From positions 806,001 through 870,000 of the forward strand of contig CDRNST010000011.1 in the NCBI GenBank assembly GCA_977016875.1: DNA of 64,000 nt, written 5' to 3'. The DNA comes from Pavona decussata (Eukaryota). A model generated the notes under the pieces. That model was given only the letters and a program-made list of their open reading frames with translations. It searched no databases and was not told the origin of the DNA. Both the position numbers and the translations under genes were made by a program. This document shows positions 26,020-39,914 of this stretch, one piece after another (the first letter of the stretch is position 1; every line of letters begins with the position of its first letter).

Positions 26020-26850
26020 AAAATGTACTGGAAACTCTAACCCTTTCTTTGCCAGTATCAAGGCAGACCGACCACTATTGTGGAAAAGGTATACGGAATA
26101 TATTCTCTATCTGCAATATGAGCGAGGGCGAAATCACGCAGTTCAGTGAACAAGTAAATAGCCTTGATCCGACTAACAAGTATAAGATTACAGCTGAAGG
26201 ACCCGACACTAAAACAACGTTACTACATAAAATTAATGAACCCTTTAATCCCTAAGAGTGCCAAATGGCACATAATGCCATAACTCTTTCAATATTTGAC
26301 AGATTTCTATGAATTTTTGACACCAAGATGGTGTTGTGAAGATCTACTCATTAAAAGAAAAAAACCATAACCCCCTCCCATATATGATATGGTTGACCAC
26401 CCTCATGACTTTTCAACTTTTCCCCCCTAGACGTTGTGGGTCTTAAGACATCTCTCACATTAATGAACTTGTTGAGAACTGCAAAATAAGCTTAGTTCAG
26501 GGGTACACCTAATATACACAAGGATTGGGACGTTTTTGAACTGTAAAATTTTTACGTTTTAAGGCCATTTATCTCAAAGCCATAACTTTTCTCATTCATA
26601 ATTATATCAGTTATGAAATACACTCATGAGTAGCTTTAAAATGGTATATCATACATGGACATGGAGTTTGAAGTCTTGGATCTGGAGAAAATGTCGTTTT
26701 GCCTTAGGGGTTAAAGGGTTAAACAATTACAAAGGAGAAAGATTCACAAGTGCCTTTATTCTGGGCATGAAAAAACTCAATTCACTGAGACATTGCAACA
26801 CGTGCATTTTTCAACTTGCCATGCCCAGGGGTAAAAACGGGCTTTTTTGA
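26020..26850 (+). mobile_element. Penelope-like RT remnant split by a MITE
   Basis: PLLWKRY.., EITQFSEQVN..ITAE, and after the insertion YKGERF...ETLQHVHFSTCH. Confidence 0.65.
26241..26718. mobile_element. piggyBac-type MITE
   Basis: CCCTTTAATCCCTAAG...CTTAGGGGTTAAAGGG termini, flanked by tgaa / ttaa. Confidence 0.7.
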
Positions 26851-28629
26851 AGTTAACTCGCTCACATAGTGAATGGTAAACAGGCTTTACTGGATCGAGA
26901 ATTTTCCTTCGTTCCAGAAGCTAATTCTTGTATTACATGATTGAATTAGATTGTTGATTTCCATTTGGTTGCAGAAAGAAAACGATACCGCATATGAAAA
27001 TAGTTTATATGAACATTATATAGGATATTCCTATCCAAACACTCATACGTTTCTTGCATCGTATAAAATCGAGGCGATCTATTTTCGTTAAACCGATTCA
27101 GCTACCCAGAGAACCGAGAATCACCTACTATGGCATCCGGTCACAGTGCTGTTTGGTTGATGATTCAAAAGTACGGTTGAGTCCAGATCTAATAAAAGCG
27201 GATATCGCTTAGTTTAGTTAAGTTTGATGCATTTGTCACAACAATTACAATGACAAAAAGAGATAATAACAAAATTAACCATATATTAACTAATACTAAA
27301 TAAATCAAAAGTAAGTTGGTGGGGAGGGGGGTGAAAGGAGAAAGAAACAGAGCTTCCAATTGTGACCCAACTCCCTCAAGGTAAGATAATCTAAAATTAC
27401 AAAATAGGCAATTACACAAGTACACAGCAGACAATTAAAAACAATCACAATTAACGAATGGAGGACTGAAGGGTTTCTTTTTGTAGACAGCTAAAATTGG
27501 AGGCGATTAGTTTTAAACATAGTTAACGAATTGTTGGTTGATTTAATCTCCCATGACAAGGACCCATAGTTCAGCAGACCTAAAAAAAAAGATGATTTTG
27601 TATAATCTTGATTGTGTTCATGAATTGATTATAGTTATTGGGATCATATTTCCTAGTTCGATAACATGGCTCAAGGGAGCGCAGGAATTTTCTTGTGTCA
27701 GTAGATATAAGGCCATCCCTGGACTTGAAAAGGAACAATAGATCAAGCCAAGAGAGAATTCATCCTATCTTGATCAAGAAAATCGATCGGATAGACAGCG
27801 TCTAACGTTTTAATTTCACTTTCCACAATTCCCTTTGACTTATTTTGGAAAGTTCAGGTTGCTTAGTATATTCCTTACCTCATCAACAACATATTTAGCC
27901 TTTGAAACCATCGCGTCTTAAGGTAGCTTCCTATTGGCAATACGACTTAAATTGGAACTTTATGTCAGGTTGACTAAGCCACGGATATTCTTTTTTAATG
28001 AAAAGCTTCGTTTAAAACACACTTCTTGACTCACAGGAAATACCACCATGAGCTTCTTAAAACAACTGACATTCCAATAAACATTTTAAGTTATTTCAGT
28101 ACTCAGACAATATAATGATTTGCTAAGGCATTTGGAGAAGTCATACTACCACACTAACTTTATTTCATTCATGTAGTTATATTAAACCATGCATGTTCTT
28201 CCTCTATTCAAGAAAATTATAAAAAATAAAACTCGTTCCAACTGAAATAAATAACATACAAAAATAGATTTTTTGCTGTGACAACACCCACCACATCAGC
28301 TGAAGGACAAAACAGAAATAACCGTTCTTGGCAAAATGTCCTTCGATGATTATCAAAAGAATAGATGTTATATTTATAGTGTCGCAGAGCTAACTCTCCT
28401 CACCGCGACAGATTGGAAGCCGGTTCAGCTCCATTAAGAACTCTTTGCTTCCGTTTCATTCCTTTCCAGTTGCGGTTACTTTTCCTGTAAGTGGCAATGT
28501 CATTCCCAGCAATCATAAGGCAGGAATGTCTCCTTTATAAACACGGCGTCCTTGGGTACTGTCTACAACGTTTTTGCAGAGTCTCAGGAAAGGGAACCTC
28601 TAAAATTGAGAAAACGAAGATTGCTTGAG

Positions 28630-30244
28630 ATGAGTAGCAGTACACTGATAGAAGTGTTTGGTCAAATCGTGTTTAGTTTCACACGAGGAGTGACAGAGCA
28701 CTACAATCCAGAAGAACCTGAATTCACTGCAGAGTCTTTTGGATACAATCCTCTAGAAACCACAGGTCGTGAATGGTATTGTCAACCTGTTGATGAGATG
28801 ATTTACCAAGAATACAGCGACAGAGAAGCCACACATTTTGACTATCTTGCGTCAAGGAATCTAGATGTAAGGGTTATAAACGCATGTTCCCCAGAGGAAA
28901 ATGAAGGCTCACACGAAGAAAAGCTCGATGAAGATAGATCCATGGCATGGAAGCGGCTACGACCATCTGTTCTCCACACAGTTTTTAAATCAATGTACAT
29001 TGGAGCTTTGATTTCGCTTGTTACTGCCACCATCATTGGTATAGTATACATGCTAGTCTCTTACGTATCCTATAAGTTTGGACTCGAATGTCAATTTCAT
29101 CCAAGGAAATTGATTCCAAAACAAGTGCAATGGATGAGATGTGTTACAGGCATGATTGCCGCTGCTTTCCTTTACATTTGGTATTTTGTACTTCTTCTAC
29201 TTTCTTTTCGTCCATTTCAATTAATAGGGGTTAAAAGAAAACTGATATTGACCTGCTTCTTTGTTTATTGTTTGGATTCACTGTATCGCGTTGCTCTTCA
29301 AACATTTGGTATATCTTACTCCGTCATCACAGGCTTCCTCAAGGTTCCACTCAACGCTCTCTTCGTTATCAGTATGTCTTGGCAAAGCTATATTGTAACG
29401 AATCACTTGTGCGTACGCTAAAGAAGACAAAAGCTGACGTTTGTCGTTAAATTGATTGTTACAGGTTGTGTTGTTTTCATCGTCTATATCGCCGTAGCTT
29501 TCCTTATTTATCCAGAGTATAACAATCAAACCAAAGAAGGCAAGCTGTTAATCGCACTCTTTGCTCCTCTCATTGGAGTCGTTGTCAAAGTAATCGCAAG
29601 AATTTGTATTCAGCGGTTACATAATGTCACCCATCCAGCATATTCGTATGTCTTGTTGTCGCCGCTGTATTTTGCTTCAGCAGTTATGTTTCGAGTTCTA
29701 CAAGCGGAACTTGACAGTTTGCAATCCATTGCTGTTCTTGGAATAATTCACGGCGCCGCAGGAAGTTTTAGAACGAAGTTCTATGGTTCTAATTGACCAT
29801 GTTTGTCACATGTTATGGAAAAGACGGTCAGCTCCTTGGGGAAGTTTTCGCACTCCTCGCCGTGAGAGACTAGTGGTTGATATTGCTATCATGAGCATGT
29901 TGTCTGAATCAACTGCTGTAGTGGCTGTCAACGAATTTTTATACTTGTTTCAGTTTGTTTACTTGCAAAACAAGTCCTTTTTCGCTTTACTTCAATCACT
30001 TGTCATCTATACCTCAGTTCAGTTGGTGATTGAGTGGTTTTTCACCAGTGTATCTCTAGCGATTGAGACTCGTTACCAGAACATGGCTGTGATGGCTGTT
30101 TGGCGAAGACGATGGAAGAGGCACACTTTAGTAGGCATCGTAAATGCCGTGCCATTGGCTTTGTGGACAAGCATTAATCTTTTAGTAATTGTACACGAAC
30201 GCTTTCCTGGATCAAACCGACCTTGTAAAATGCCGTTTTCTTAA
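28630..30244 (+). pseudogene. Membrane-protein family copy 6 (full length; one nonsense codon, one frameshift)
   Basis: TAA at 29419-29421 where paralogs have TCA. Extra G near 29761 (gcaGgaagt versus gcagaagtc). Otherwise colinear to PCKMPFS*. Confidence 0.9.
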
Positions 30245-30442
30245 GTAAACGTAACAATTACCATTTTCAAACAAACAAACAAACAAACAAAAAAGAAACT
30301 AAAACTAATAAAACCTCAACGAGAGGATTTCCGTAGAAGCTGTTTGCATTAACCGGCCACGGACAGCCGGGTAAAGTAGATGGATGCAGATGTAAGATCC
30401 GGTTCAAACGTCCTGTTCTCGTATCGAACTCAATCAAATTGA

Positions 30443-30672
30443 GAAGGGGGTGAGTTTCCAAAGAAACTGTGGTGCTGCGTCGGTGAGTGGAAACGAATGT
30501 TTGGTTTTATTAACAGAGTTGATAAAGTAATCTGGCCACCGTAAAGAGCTTCGAGTGCTGATGTTTTGTGGTGGATTCGCTCTGGCGAAAGACTAACACT
30601 CGAAACGTCAGCACTCCAATCTCTTTACGGTGGCTAAACTACCTCAGCAACTCTGTTGATAAAACTAAACAT
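30443..30672. mobile_element. Non-autonomous Penelope-like end in foldback arrangement, with a degenerate hammerhead
   Basis: 30443-30566 is an inverted copy relative to 30575-30672. Core ctGGcga-aagactaacactc-GAAACGTC. Homologous to 44786-44932. Confidence 0.7.
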
Positions 30673-33197
30673 GAGGACCTTCGTTAGATCCAGTGGCCGC
30701 ACTCCCAACCTCGCCCATCTTACCCCGCCATCCCGAGCTAGTGTTCACGGCCGTTCGCTTCGATACAGCAACATACCGTGCTTGGTCAATTGCAGGACCG
30801 AACGCTATAGAAAAAGTATTTTCCTTGCACGTATGCTAACGCCCATAGTTTATAATGCTAGGTTTTTTAGACCAGCTTACCTTAAGTGTTCATTAAGATT
30901 TTTTCAAATATTTTTAAGATTACTCTTCTTTTCTAAAAATGCATGACCCAGTCCTCAGACTTTGTAAGTCTTTGGATTCTGGTAATCTTTATTACATATG
31001 TACCTTTCCATATTTGTTTTACTAGTTGAAAGAAAGTCGCAATTCACGTTTTGTAGTGTAATGATTTGGATAATAGACTTATGTTTCAGTATTTATTACT
31101 CGAGATTTTTTTAGCAGAATTAAAAGTGAATTTATCTGACTAGTTGTCAAACATTTTTACTTCAACCGATACTTTTTTCGGTCCTCTGATATTTATATTT
31201 GGTGTCTGTTAGAAGAGCGAAATAAGGACCATTTATGGGAGAGCTTGAACCCAATATCTATAACGACTACACAACAACACTCTTTACCTTCTCACGATCA
31301 GAAATAGTAATTTCCATTATTCATTTTACATTTAATTTTCGCTTATTGAAAAACAAAATACTAGAGTACTGACCGTCGCTGAACTCGAATTTGACACAAG
31401 AACACCGGATAGTCTGGAGCACTATACTCTGCACCATCTGAGTACTGTTGCCGAAGATATATATCCTGATCAGGAATGGATAGATAGTCTTTGCTAACCG
31501 CGATTGTAAAGAATTAAATTGTTGTTTTTGGTGTTGTTTATAATATCAATAGCATTCATTGCCTTTCTGGGCGGATACACCTAACTTGTCCTAAGGTTGT
31601 GATCTCTCGAGTTGGAAATTTAATCGGGATTCCGGATAAGGGAAATTAAAGGAACTTTTAAGTTCCTTTAAAAGTTCCTTTAAACTTTTTTTTAAAAGGA
31701 ACTTATGGAACTTTTAAAATTCTTGAAGTGTTTACCTTTCAGCTCGCCTTACCCCTATAGTTCGGTATTCGCTAACCTGAAACGAAATCAAAATCTTATT
31801 TGGAAACGAGTCACACCAGCCACAGTCCTTACGAGATCATTTGGGAACTCTATCTGATCAAGATTCTTATTTCGTACGAAAACTCATTCTCGTATCTTGT
31901 AAACTCAGTAGATTGTTCCGTTCATCTTCGTTTCCCTCCTGTCCCAAGTTATCTACCTGGCCCCATTAATAATAAACACTATACCAGTTGACCATATTCT
32001 CCTTTCAGCAAGATTTCACATCGATCTGTGCGTGAAAAATGAAGCAGTCCTTACAAAGCCTCTCAATTTTATAACAACTAGTACTTAAATGTCGAGAGAT
32101 TAAACGACAGTTTCCATTCAAGACGAACACAAAATGTCGGAAATAAAATCCAAATACAGTCGAACCTGTATTTAACAACAGATCAAGAGCCCATTTGGAA
32201 CAGTTTGGGTTATAATCTGCTTATGAAACCAGAGCGTGGTTAACCTGCATTCATGGACAAAAGTCTTGGTTTCTGTTTTCTCTATCGTACGTCAAGAGGA
32301 AGTCGTTGTTCCCATACTCCCTCTGCCCCCCCGCCCCTTCCACCCCATTTACAATGTTTCGCTACCCTACTTACGAGCCAACATTGATTTGGGGGGTGAG
32401 GGGGGTGGGGGATGTGGAGGGAGAAAACTTGAGTATAAGTATGAGGAACCTCCAAAACAGGCTTAAAACATCTTCCTGGTGTGAAAGCATAACAACTCAA
32501 CGTGGCGTATTCAGATTAAGATGACAGTTTCAAAATGCCTTGTATCTGGAGCCCTTGAAAACGATCGTTCGTTTCATACGAAGGGCAAAGCTGAATCTTG
32601 ACTGCCAGGTTCATTTATGATGCCATGTATAAAATGAAGAAATCCAGCAGACAATTATAGCATGCTTTTTTTAGGAAGAGCGAACAGGAACGCAGAATGG
32701 GTGTTCCAAGTTTAAAAAAAAAGCGACAAGAAAATGAAACAGTTTACACTCTTTCAGGGTTCAAAGTATAAAAGCTTTTTTTTTTTTCATTTCTAAATTA
32801 ATACTTATAAGAGTTCAAGAATAGATTTCAATATGTGCGAGACTAGCGGCTGCGAATCAAACATGTTCTCAGGAAAGGCATAGCTAACTTAACAGTGAAC
32901 GAGGTTGATACGTTTTCCACCCTTTCGCAGTTATTTTTCAGTTAAGCTATCTACTCGTGGCAGTCAATACAGTAGTAGAAATCAATGAATTGCACTAAGT
33001 CAATAAATAGAATTAAAAACGTAAACACAAAATAAAAGTCTATACTTGTACAAGGTTAATAATTTGGCGCACTGCAATAGCCCAAAAGCTACAGCGACAC
33101 TTCCGGATCGAGAAAGGATAAAAGGGAACATTTTTTGGAAGCCAAGGGCCAAGACTACAAAGCTGCAGTTCTACGATTGTAGAAATGTATTCACAAA

Positions 33198-34778
33198 ATG
33201 AGTAGCAGCACACTGATAGAGTTGCTCAGCCAAATAGCGTTCAGTTTTACACGAAGTGTAACAGAGCACTACAACCCAGAAGAACCTGAATTCACTGCAG
33301 AGTATTTTGGTTACAATCCTCTGGAAAGCACAGGTCGAGAATGGTATTATCATCCTATTGATGAACTTATTTACCAAGAATACAGCGACAGAGAGGCCAC
33401 ATGTTTGGACTATCTAACCTCTAGGCATCTTCATGTAAGGGTTATCGATGCCTGTACACCTGAGGAAAACGAAGGAACTTGGAAACGATTTAGACCGTCC
33501 GTCATTGGTACGGTACGGAAGTCGATGTACACAGGAACTCATATTTCACTTCTAACCGCTTGCTTTGTTGGTATAGTATACATAGTGACTTCTTTTCTCT
33601 GTTACAAAATTGAGCATAACTGTGAATTTCAACCAAAAGAGTTAATTCCAGTACAAGTGCAATGGACGCGAACAATTTCAAGTGTCATTTCCTGTGCCTT
33701 TCTTTACATGTGGTACTTTGCAAATGTGTTATTTCTTTTTCGCCCATTCCAGTTAACTGGGGTTAGAAGGCGACTTATCATTGTGTGTTTCCTGACATAC
33801 TCTTTGGACTCACTGTATCGCGTTGGCCTACAAACATTTGGCACATCTGCCTCCTTCATCTCAGGTTTCCAAAAGATTCCACTTAACGTTCTCTTTCTCA
33901 TCAGTGTATCTTGGCAAGTCTATTTTGTAACGAGTCACTTCTGCATACGGTCAGGAAGAAGAGAAAAGTTCATGTTTTTCTTGCAACTTATAGTTCCAGG
34001 GAGTGTTGTTTTCCTCATTTATATCACGGTAGCATCATTTATTTATCCGGAATATAACAATCAAAACAAGGAACGAAAACTGATAATAGCACTCTTTGCT
34101 CCTCTCATTGGAGTCGTTGTCAAAGTAATCTCAAGAATTTGTGTTCAGCGGTTATATAATGTCACCCATCCAGCATTTTCGTATGTCTTATTGATGCCAC
34201 TGTATTTTGGCTCAGCGGTCATGTTTCGAGTTTTACAAGCGGAACTTGACAGCTTGCAATCCATCGCTATTCTTGGAATAATTCATGGCGCTGCGGAAGT
34301 CATAGAACGAAGCACCATGGTTGTGATTGATCACATTTGTCACACGCTGTGGAAAAGACGATCAGCTCCTTGGGGAAGTTTTCGTACTTCTCGCCGTGAG
34401 AGACTAATGGCTGTTATTGCTATAATGAGCATGTTGTCTGAATCAACTGCAATTGTGGCTGTTAACGGTTTCCTGTACTTGTATCAGTTTGTTTACTTGC
34501 CAAACAAGTCCTTTTTCAATTTGCTACAGTCATTTGCAATTTATACCTCCGTTCAGCTGGTGATTGAGTGGCTTTTCGCTAGCGTATCTCTAGCCATCGA
34601 GACACGTTACCAGAACATGGCTGTCATGGCCGTTTGGCGAAGACGATGGAAAAGACATATTTTAGCTGCCATTGTGAATGCAGTACCATTGGCTACGTGG
34701 AATAGCACTAACCTATTAGTAATTGTACACGGACGCTTTCCTGAAGCCAACAAACCTTGTAAAATGCCGTTTTCGTGA
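33198..34778 (+). CDS. Membrane-protein family copy 7 (526 aa, intact, chimeric)
   Basis: Full ORF. The 5' part resembles copy 8 and the 3' part resembles copy 6. About 10 codons are deleted in the acidic linker. Confidence 0.93.
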   Translation: MSSSTLIELLSQIAFSFTRSVTEHYNPEEPEFTAEYFGYNPLESTGREWYYHPIDELIYQEYSDREATCLDYLTSRHLHVRVIDACTPEENEGTWKRFRPSVIGTVRKSMYTGTHISLLTACFVGIVYIVTSFLCYKIEHNCEFQPKELIPVQVQWTRTISSVISCAFLYMWYFANVLFLFRPFQLTGVRRRLIIVCFLTYSLDSLYRVGLQTFGTSASFISGFQKIPLNVLFLISVSWQVYFVTSHFCIRSGRREKFMFFLQLIVPGSVVFLIYITVASFIYPEYNNQNKERKLIIALFAPLIGVVVKVISRICVQRLYNVTHPAFSYVLLMPLYFGSAVMFRVLQAELDSLQSIAILGIIHGAAEVIERSTMVVIDHICHTLWKRRSAPWGSFRTSRRERLMAVIAIMSMLSESTAIVAVNGFLYLYQFVYLPNKSFFNLLQSFAIYTSVQLVIEWLFASVSLAIETRYQNMAVMAVWRRRWKRHILAAIVNAVPLATWNSTNLLVIVHGRFPEANKPCKMPFS

Positions 34779-34822
34779 ATCAAACATTGTTCAGTCTCAG
34801 AGAAAAACTGGTGAAACAATAT

Positions 34823-35065
34823 TAGAGAGATTAAGCATCGCGTTTACGGCAATTGGCAAACGCCAGGCTGAAATTTTCTCTTTGATGAAAAACAATGAAG
34901 CTTTTTTGGTTTAAGCTTATCTCCACCCAGTAGGCGACAGCTATCGAGCAAACACGAAAAAGAGAGAAGTGAGTACGAGAAATACAAGTTCATGCATTTT
35001 AGAACAAACAGCGGCTTGGCGTTTCCGTTTGGCGTTAGCAGTAAACGCGAAGCTAAATCTCTCTA
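34823..35065. mobile_element. MITE just 3' of copy 7
   Basis: TIRs tagagagattaagcatcgcgtttac / gtaaacgcgaagctaaatctctcta. Confidence 0.75.
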
Positions 35066-35499
35066 ATGCAACGAAAGGTATCGGTGTAAGTTACTTGCAC
35101 TGAGAGTGGGGTAAAGTAGATTTATGAATAACAAGGTCAAAGTTATCTCCCAGCTACTTTGGCAATGAACATGCAGTATCTCCCTCAAAAGCCTCCACGA
35201 GTACAGTATCTTTTCTGAGGCCAGTTTAAAAAACACTTCACACGTGTAGCTCAACATCTAGTCCTTGTTATTGCACGCTCATGCAGAAGTATTTAACGAT
35301 GATTACTAATTTTTTTTGCATTTCTTTATTTAGTTTCTTTTTTGTGTGCACATATAAACCAACGACCCAGCCTGTCAACCACAAAGTTTAATAACTAGAC
35401 CCTTGTAAATTTTTCGACGTTCGGGGCTTGTAGCTAGAGTTACTTCAAATGGGAAAGCACCGTTGACCTGATATATATTTCTCTATATATTATATTTCT

Positions 35500-36604
35500 T
35501 TGTCAGTCTTTGGACATCTATGTAGCGGAACTTAGGCACTGTTACGATATGTTGGTATGTAATAGACAGATATTCTTTGGCAACAGCTTCTTTGCAAAAT
35601 CCAAGCTGCCTCTTCCCATTGCCAGTACGTTTCTTGGAAGATATTCTATGTCTTCTCAAAGGAGAGGAGCCAAAAATTCCTGAATTAAAAAATATATATT
35701 TCAGGGTCTAAAAATACGTCGAGGTCAAAGATGAGCACTGGTTAACCACCAGAGTAAAACTTGACCAGTTAGTATATTTGCCATCTATTCAAAATAAAGC
35801 ATTTTGCATGTTCACAGGTTTTTATTGCACGAAATGTAGGTTTCTGACATAATTTAATTATATTGGGTGATACTTCCATTAATAGGCTACTTGGAGTGTA
35901 CCGGTGGATGGGGTAGTATATTCACAACTGGACTGAATACATTGGGGCTGCATTTTGAATAGAGTTGCTGTAGTGGGGTAAGAATATTCTGACGAGTAAT
36001 TTTTTCTTGGGGTTTGGGTTGAAAGTAGGGACCGTGAACTTGACATTTTCACAAAAGTGACTAAGATGGGGTATATAATTGGCGACGGAATTGAGTATAA
36101 TGGGGTGTTGACCCAAGTAATCCCCTTCGGGCATAATGTCTGTTTTGTTTACTTTGCATAAAATATTATGAATAGTCAGCTGAGATGTAGTCTTCGATTC
36201 AGCAGTAAATGTGGGCGGAAAGCATGTCCGTTTGAAAGCTATATTTTGAGTTATTTTTGAACATCTTTTCATCATTAAACAAAACATCTTTGCTGTCATC
36301 TGCCTACCTGCATTTGAGCTTCGGAGGACTGCGCTTCGTTGTGGAACTGTAATCCCAATCAGGGTTGATGGCCTGCTTCCTGCAGGTTCCACTTCCTACG
36401 GGTTTCACTTGCCTGGAAAATAAGATATAACGAAATAAACATCAAATTTTCAAGGATGGAGAAGCTTAAGTTGCCAGAGCTTACCCTGTTTTTACATTTC
36501 GTCTGATTGCAACGACAACTCGGGCGGAGCAATCCATGTTCGCCCCTTTGCACAAACAGTGCCCTCGTCCACGCTTCTTAGCACATGCTCCTTTACATGG
36601 GCAT
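35500..36604 (-). pseudogene. Decayed spliced gene with an N-terminal CXC-like cysteine cluster
   Basis: Across frameshifts: PCKGACAKKRGRGHCLCKGANMDCS / SCRCNQTKCKNR, then a gtaag donor near 36484. Downstream relic NVLAMGRGSLDFAKKLL. Confidence 0.5.
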
Positions 36605-37669
36605 GTTACTTATGTTGACCTGTCTCTGGCGTTCTATTGAGACGAAAATGGTAAAGTACAAGCAAAACGTTTTACGCAAAAACGTCTGAAACAAATATTC
36701 TGTTCGATCAACGATAGACCCGTAAGCATTTACTTCCTGAGGTGATCCTGGTTCAAATAATTCATCTACTTCCTTTACTTGTGCTTTCAATCAAAATACC
36801 CGGGCTTTCACTCCGCAAATTCGTTTGCGCAGCGACCAGGCAAGAACACGGCGGAAATCTCTTGTCTGGGTTTGGGAAATGCCCGATAAAAATAGTTGAC
36901 CAATGAGTGTGTGCCATTTAACAATAGCAGGATTTCAAAACAAAAATAAACGCCCGCAAAGGCTGCGGGTTTCCGCCACTTGACATGGCTTTAATGGAAA
37001 TATCGCGCTCGCGTTTCAAGCAATGCTGAAACCCTATCATCATATCATGAATCTGTATTGTGGGGTATTTTGTGAATTTTTGGGTGATTTTTGGGTATAT
37101 TTGGGAGGAGTAGTTTTTGCTAGAAAGATTGGTAAAATTAAAAGAAATAAGAAATTTTGGAGATTTAGTGAAGTTTTAAAATTGGAATTTGAAGTAAATA
37201 ATTAATACACGGATACCAAGTTAGTCCACCAGCAACCTGGGGTGCTCTTGCGTGGGTATCAATTGTCTGTTAGTGTTCCAAAAATCATTTTCTTTCATCT
37301 ATCCCTTCTTAAAACCTCTTCAAATTTCATTCAAATTTAGGTGTTTTGCTTCCTTAAGTGAATGTGGTATAGGATTTCCATCTCGTACAGGAATGAATTC
37401 AAAGCTTTGGACTGTAGCAAGGGTCTACCATGTGAACATGTAGATACTCACAGAAATTTTTTTTTCCCTGAACAGTCACGAGAACAGAGAATCAGTTACT
37501 CAACTGAATGGAACGTTTGCTTGAATTTCGACTCCAAAATGAATTCACAGCTGAAAGCTAGGACATCCAGTTAGAAGATACACTGATTAAAATTTACTGC
37601 TGAATGTGGGTGTATCAAAAAGTGAAAATTAATACTGGAAAGTCTTCAACGCAGTGGTTTGGTAGGTAA

Positions 37670-38152
37670 CTAAAGGTAAGGTAACGTCGTACTGCGAGCC
37701 TAAGTGGCCCACAGGGCCGGAGGTTAAAAATAAATAAATCACTTTATTTAAGTGTCAATGAGTGTCGATGTATTTAGGGCAGAGAACTAGTTGGGGACAT
37801 TTTCCAGATCGAATTGGAATTTAGAAGTGTTGGTTTTTGAGGAGAAGGGAAAACAGAAGTACCCGGAGAGAATCCTCACGGATCAAGGCCACGAACCAAC
37901 CGGTTAACCCGGTTTCAATAGCATGGGGGAAAAAAGAAGAGTACTTGTGCTCATCCTTGGATGAGACGCTAGTCCATCGCATTATGTCAGCGGTATACAC
38001 CCGGGTGAAGAGAGGCAATGTGGAAGAAAGTTTCTTATCTAAAGAAACAACACAGAAATGAAGACACCAACCTAGCCTAGAACCACCGACCCTCCAATCT
38101 TCCGACCATCCCATCGAAAGTCCAACGCGCTTACAACTACACCACTGCGCAT
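37670..38152 (-). mobile_element. Cluster of tRNA-derived SINE fragments
   Basis: The minus strand from 38152 starts with a tRNA-like head (cagtggtgtagttgtaagcgcgttggact...ggttctaggc), then a SINE-like core tgcctctcttcacccgggtgtata...gcgatggactagc. Other SINE-like tails lie at 37670-37895. Confidence 0.6.
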
Positions 38153-38299
38153 ACACAGAGGTTTGGTAGACAACCATTTCAAATAGTTTTAAAATTGCAT
38201 ACTTAGGAAAAAATGGAAACATACGAGTGGATTACCAACAGATCAAGAGTCAATTTTGGATCGGTTTGGGAATTGATCTGGGCTTTAAACAAGAGCGTG

Positions 38300-39420
38300 G
38301 TTAAAATCTTCATTCAGAGCCAAAAGCCTTGGGACAAGCTCCATTTTTTGTTATCTCTATTCTTACGTGTGGGGGAATCATTGTTCCCGTACCTCCCTCC
38401 CCTGCTTAAACCCATTTGCGTGGGAGGGGGGAGGGGGGTTGGTGAGAGAATACTTGAGCACAAATATAAAGAACCTACAAAAAAGCTCAATTCATCCTTC
38501 TGGTCTAAAAGCAAGACAACTAAACATCATGTATTCAGATGACCGTTTTAAAATTTCATGATGCCAGATATAAAATAAAGAAATCCAGTAGACAATAATA
38601 GCACGCTATTTCTAGGAGGAGAAATCATATAAAATTCCTAATTTAAAACAGCTACAACAAAATGAAACAGTTTACACTCTTTCGGGCTTATATTTATAAA
38701 AGCATAAATTGGTCATTTCTAAATTTACACTAACAAGGGCACAAGAATAGAATCCCAACTGGTGCGGGACAACTGGCTGCGAATCAAAGGTGTTGTTCAT
38801 AGAAAAAAATATGGCTAACTTAACAACACGAGATCGATACGTTTTTCGAAAGCCCTTTCCAGAAATCATTGTTCCCGTACCTCCATCCTCTCCTTAAATC
38901 CATTTGCAATGCTGAGTTTATTACACCAGGAGACTATTTACAAGCCTCCCGTGGTAGGGGGAGGAGGGGGGGGAGAGAAAACTTACTTTTTCTGGCCCAA
39001 GAGCAAGACAACTAAATGTCGAGTATTCAGATGAACGTTTTTAAAATTTCTTGTATCTGCAGCACCTGAAGCTTTAAAACGAATGATCTTTTCACTGGAA
39101 GGCAAACGCTGAATCAAAACCACAAGCCCTTTAAAAAGAGCTATAGCAAACCATTCATGATACCACATATCAAATAAAGAAATCCTGTCGACAACAAAAG
39201 CACGCTATTTCTAGCAAGAGCTAACATGTACGCAGACCAGTCAGAGTATGCTGCGTGTTCAAAATAAGCTACGAGAAAATGAAACAGTTTACGTTCTTTC
39301 AGCGATATAAAAGTACAATAATAGTTCTCAATACGTGTTGCGCTTTCCTAAAAATCAAACCAGCTGTTTACAGGAAGAGCATAGCTAACTCCTAACCACG
39401 ATGTTGATACGTTTTGCGGA
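38300..39420 (+). repeat. Imperfect tandem duplication upstream of copy 8; a single homolog lies upstream of copy 7 (32160-33197)
   Basis: Shared anchors aatcattgttcccgtacctcc (38376, 38864), aaatgaaacagtttac (32732, 38660, 39277) and gctaact. Confidence 0.85.
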
Positions 39421-39914
39421 AACTCTTGCTCCCCTTTCGGGAATAAGGCAACCTAATGTTCTCAATTGTTTGTTCCTTTCTACTCTTGGCTGGGAAGGCA
39501 GTATTGTATCCGGTTGGAATGAATGAATGAATGATAAAGACAAAGATTTAAACAGGATGTTAGCTGGTCATCAGCACATACAGATGAAGCAGAGTTAATT
39601 TAATACATACTTACTTTTGTCACACTGTAATATTTTATTTTACTCTAAGACACTAGCCCGTAGAACTACTTCAGATTCCAGTTTAAATAAAGAATTTTAG
39701 GACGATATGATGATGATGATGATTGATAAGATGAGGAAAACCTACACACAAAATAAAATGTCTTTGCTTGTACCAAGTTAATGTATGCGCACTACAAAAG
39801 CAATACCGAAAAAGCAATATTATGCTTCAGCGATATTTCCGGAGCAAGAACGGATAAAAGGTAAGTTTTTTTGGAGGCCAGGACTACAAAGCTGGAAGTG
39901 CCAGGTTCGTTCAA

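Noticed and set aside
28552-28629. N-terminal extension of copy 6
   Set aside because: It starts at TTG and has no counterpart in paralogs; the homologous ATG is at 28630.
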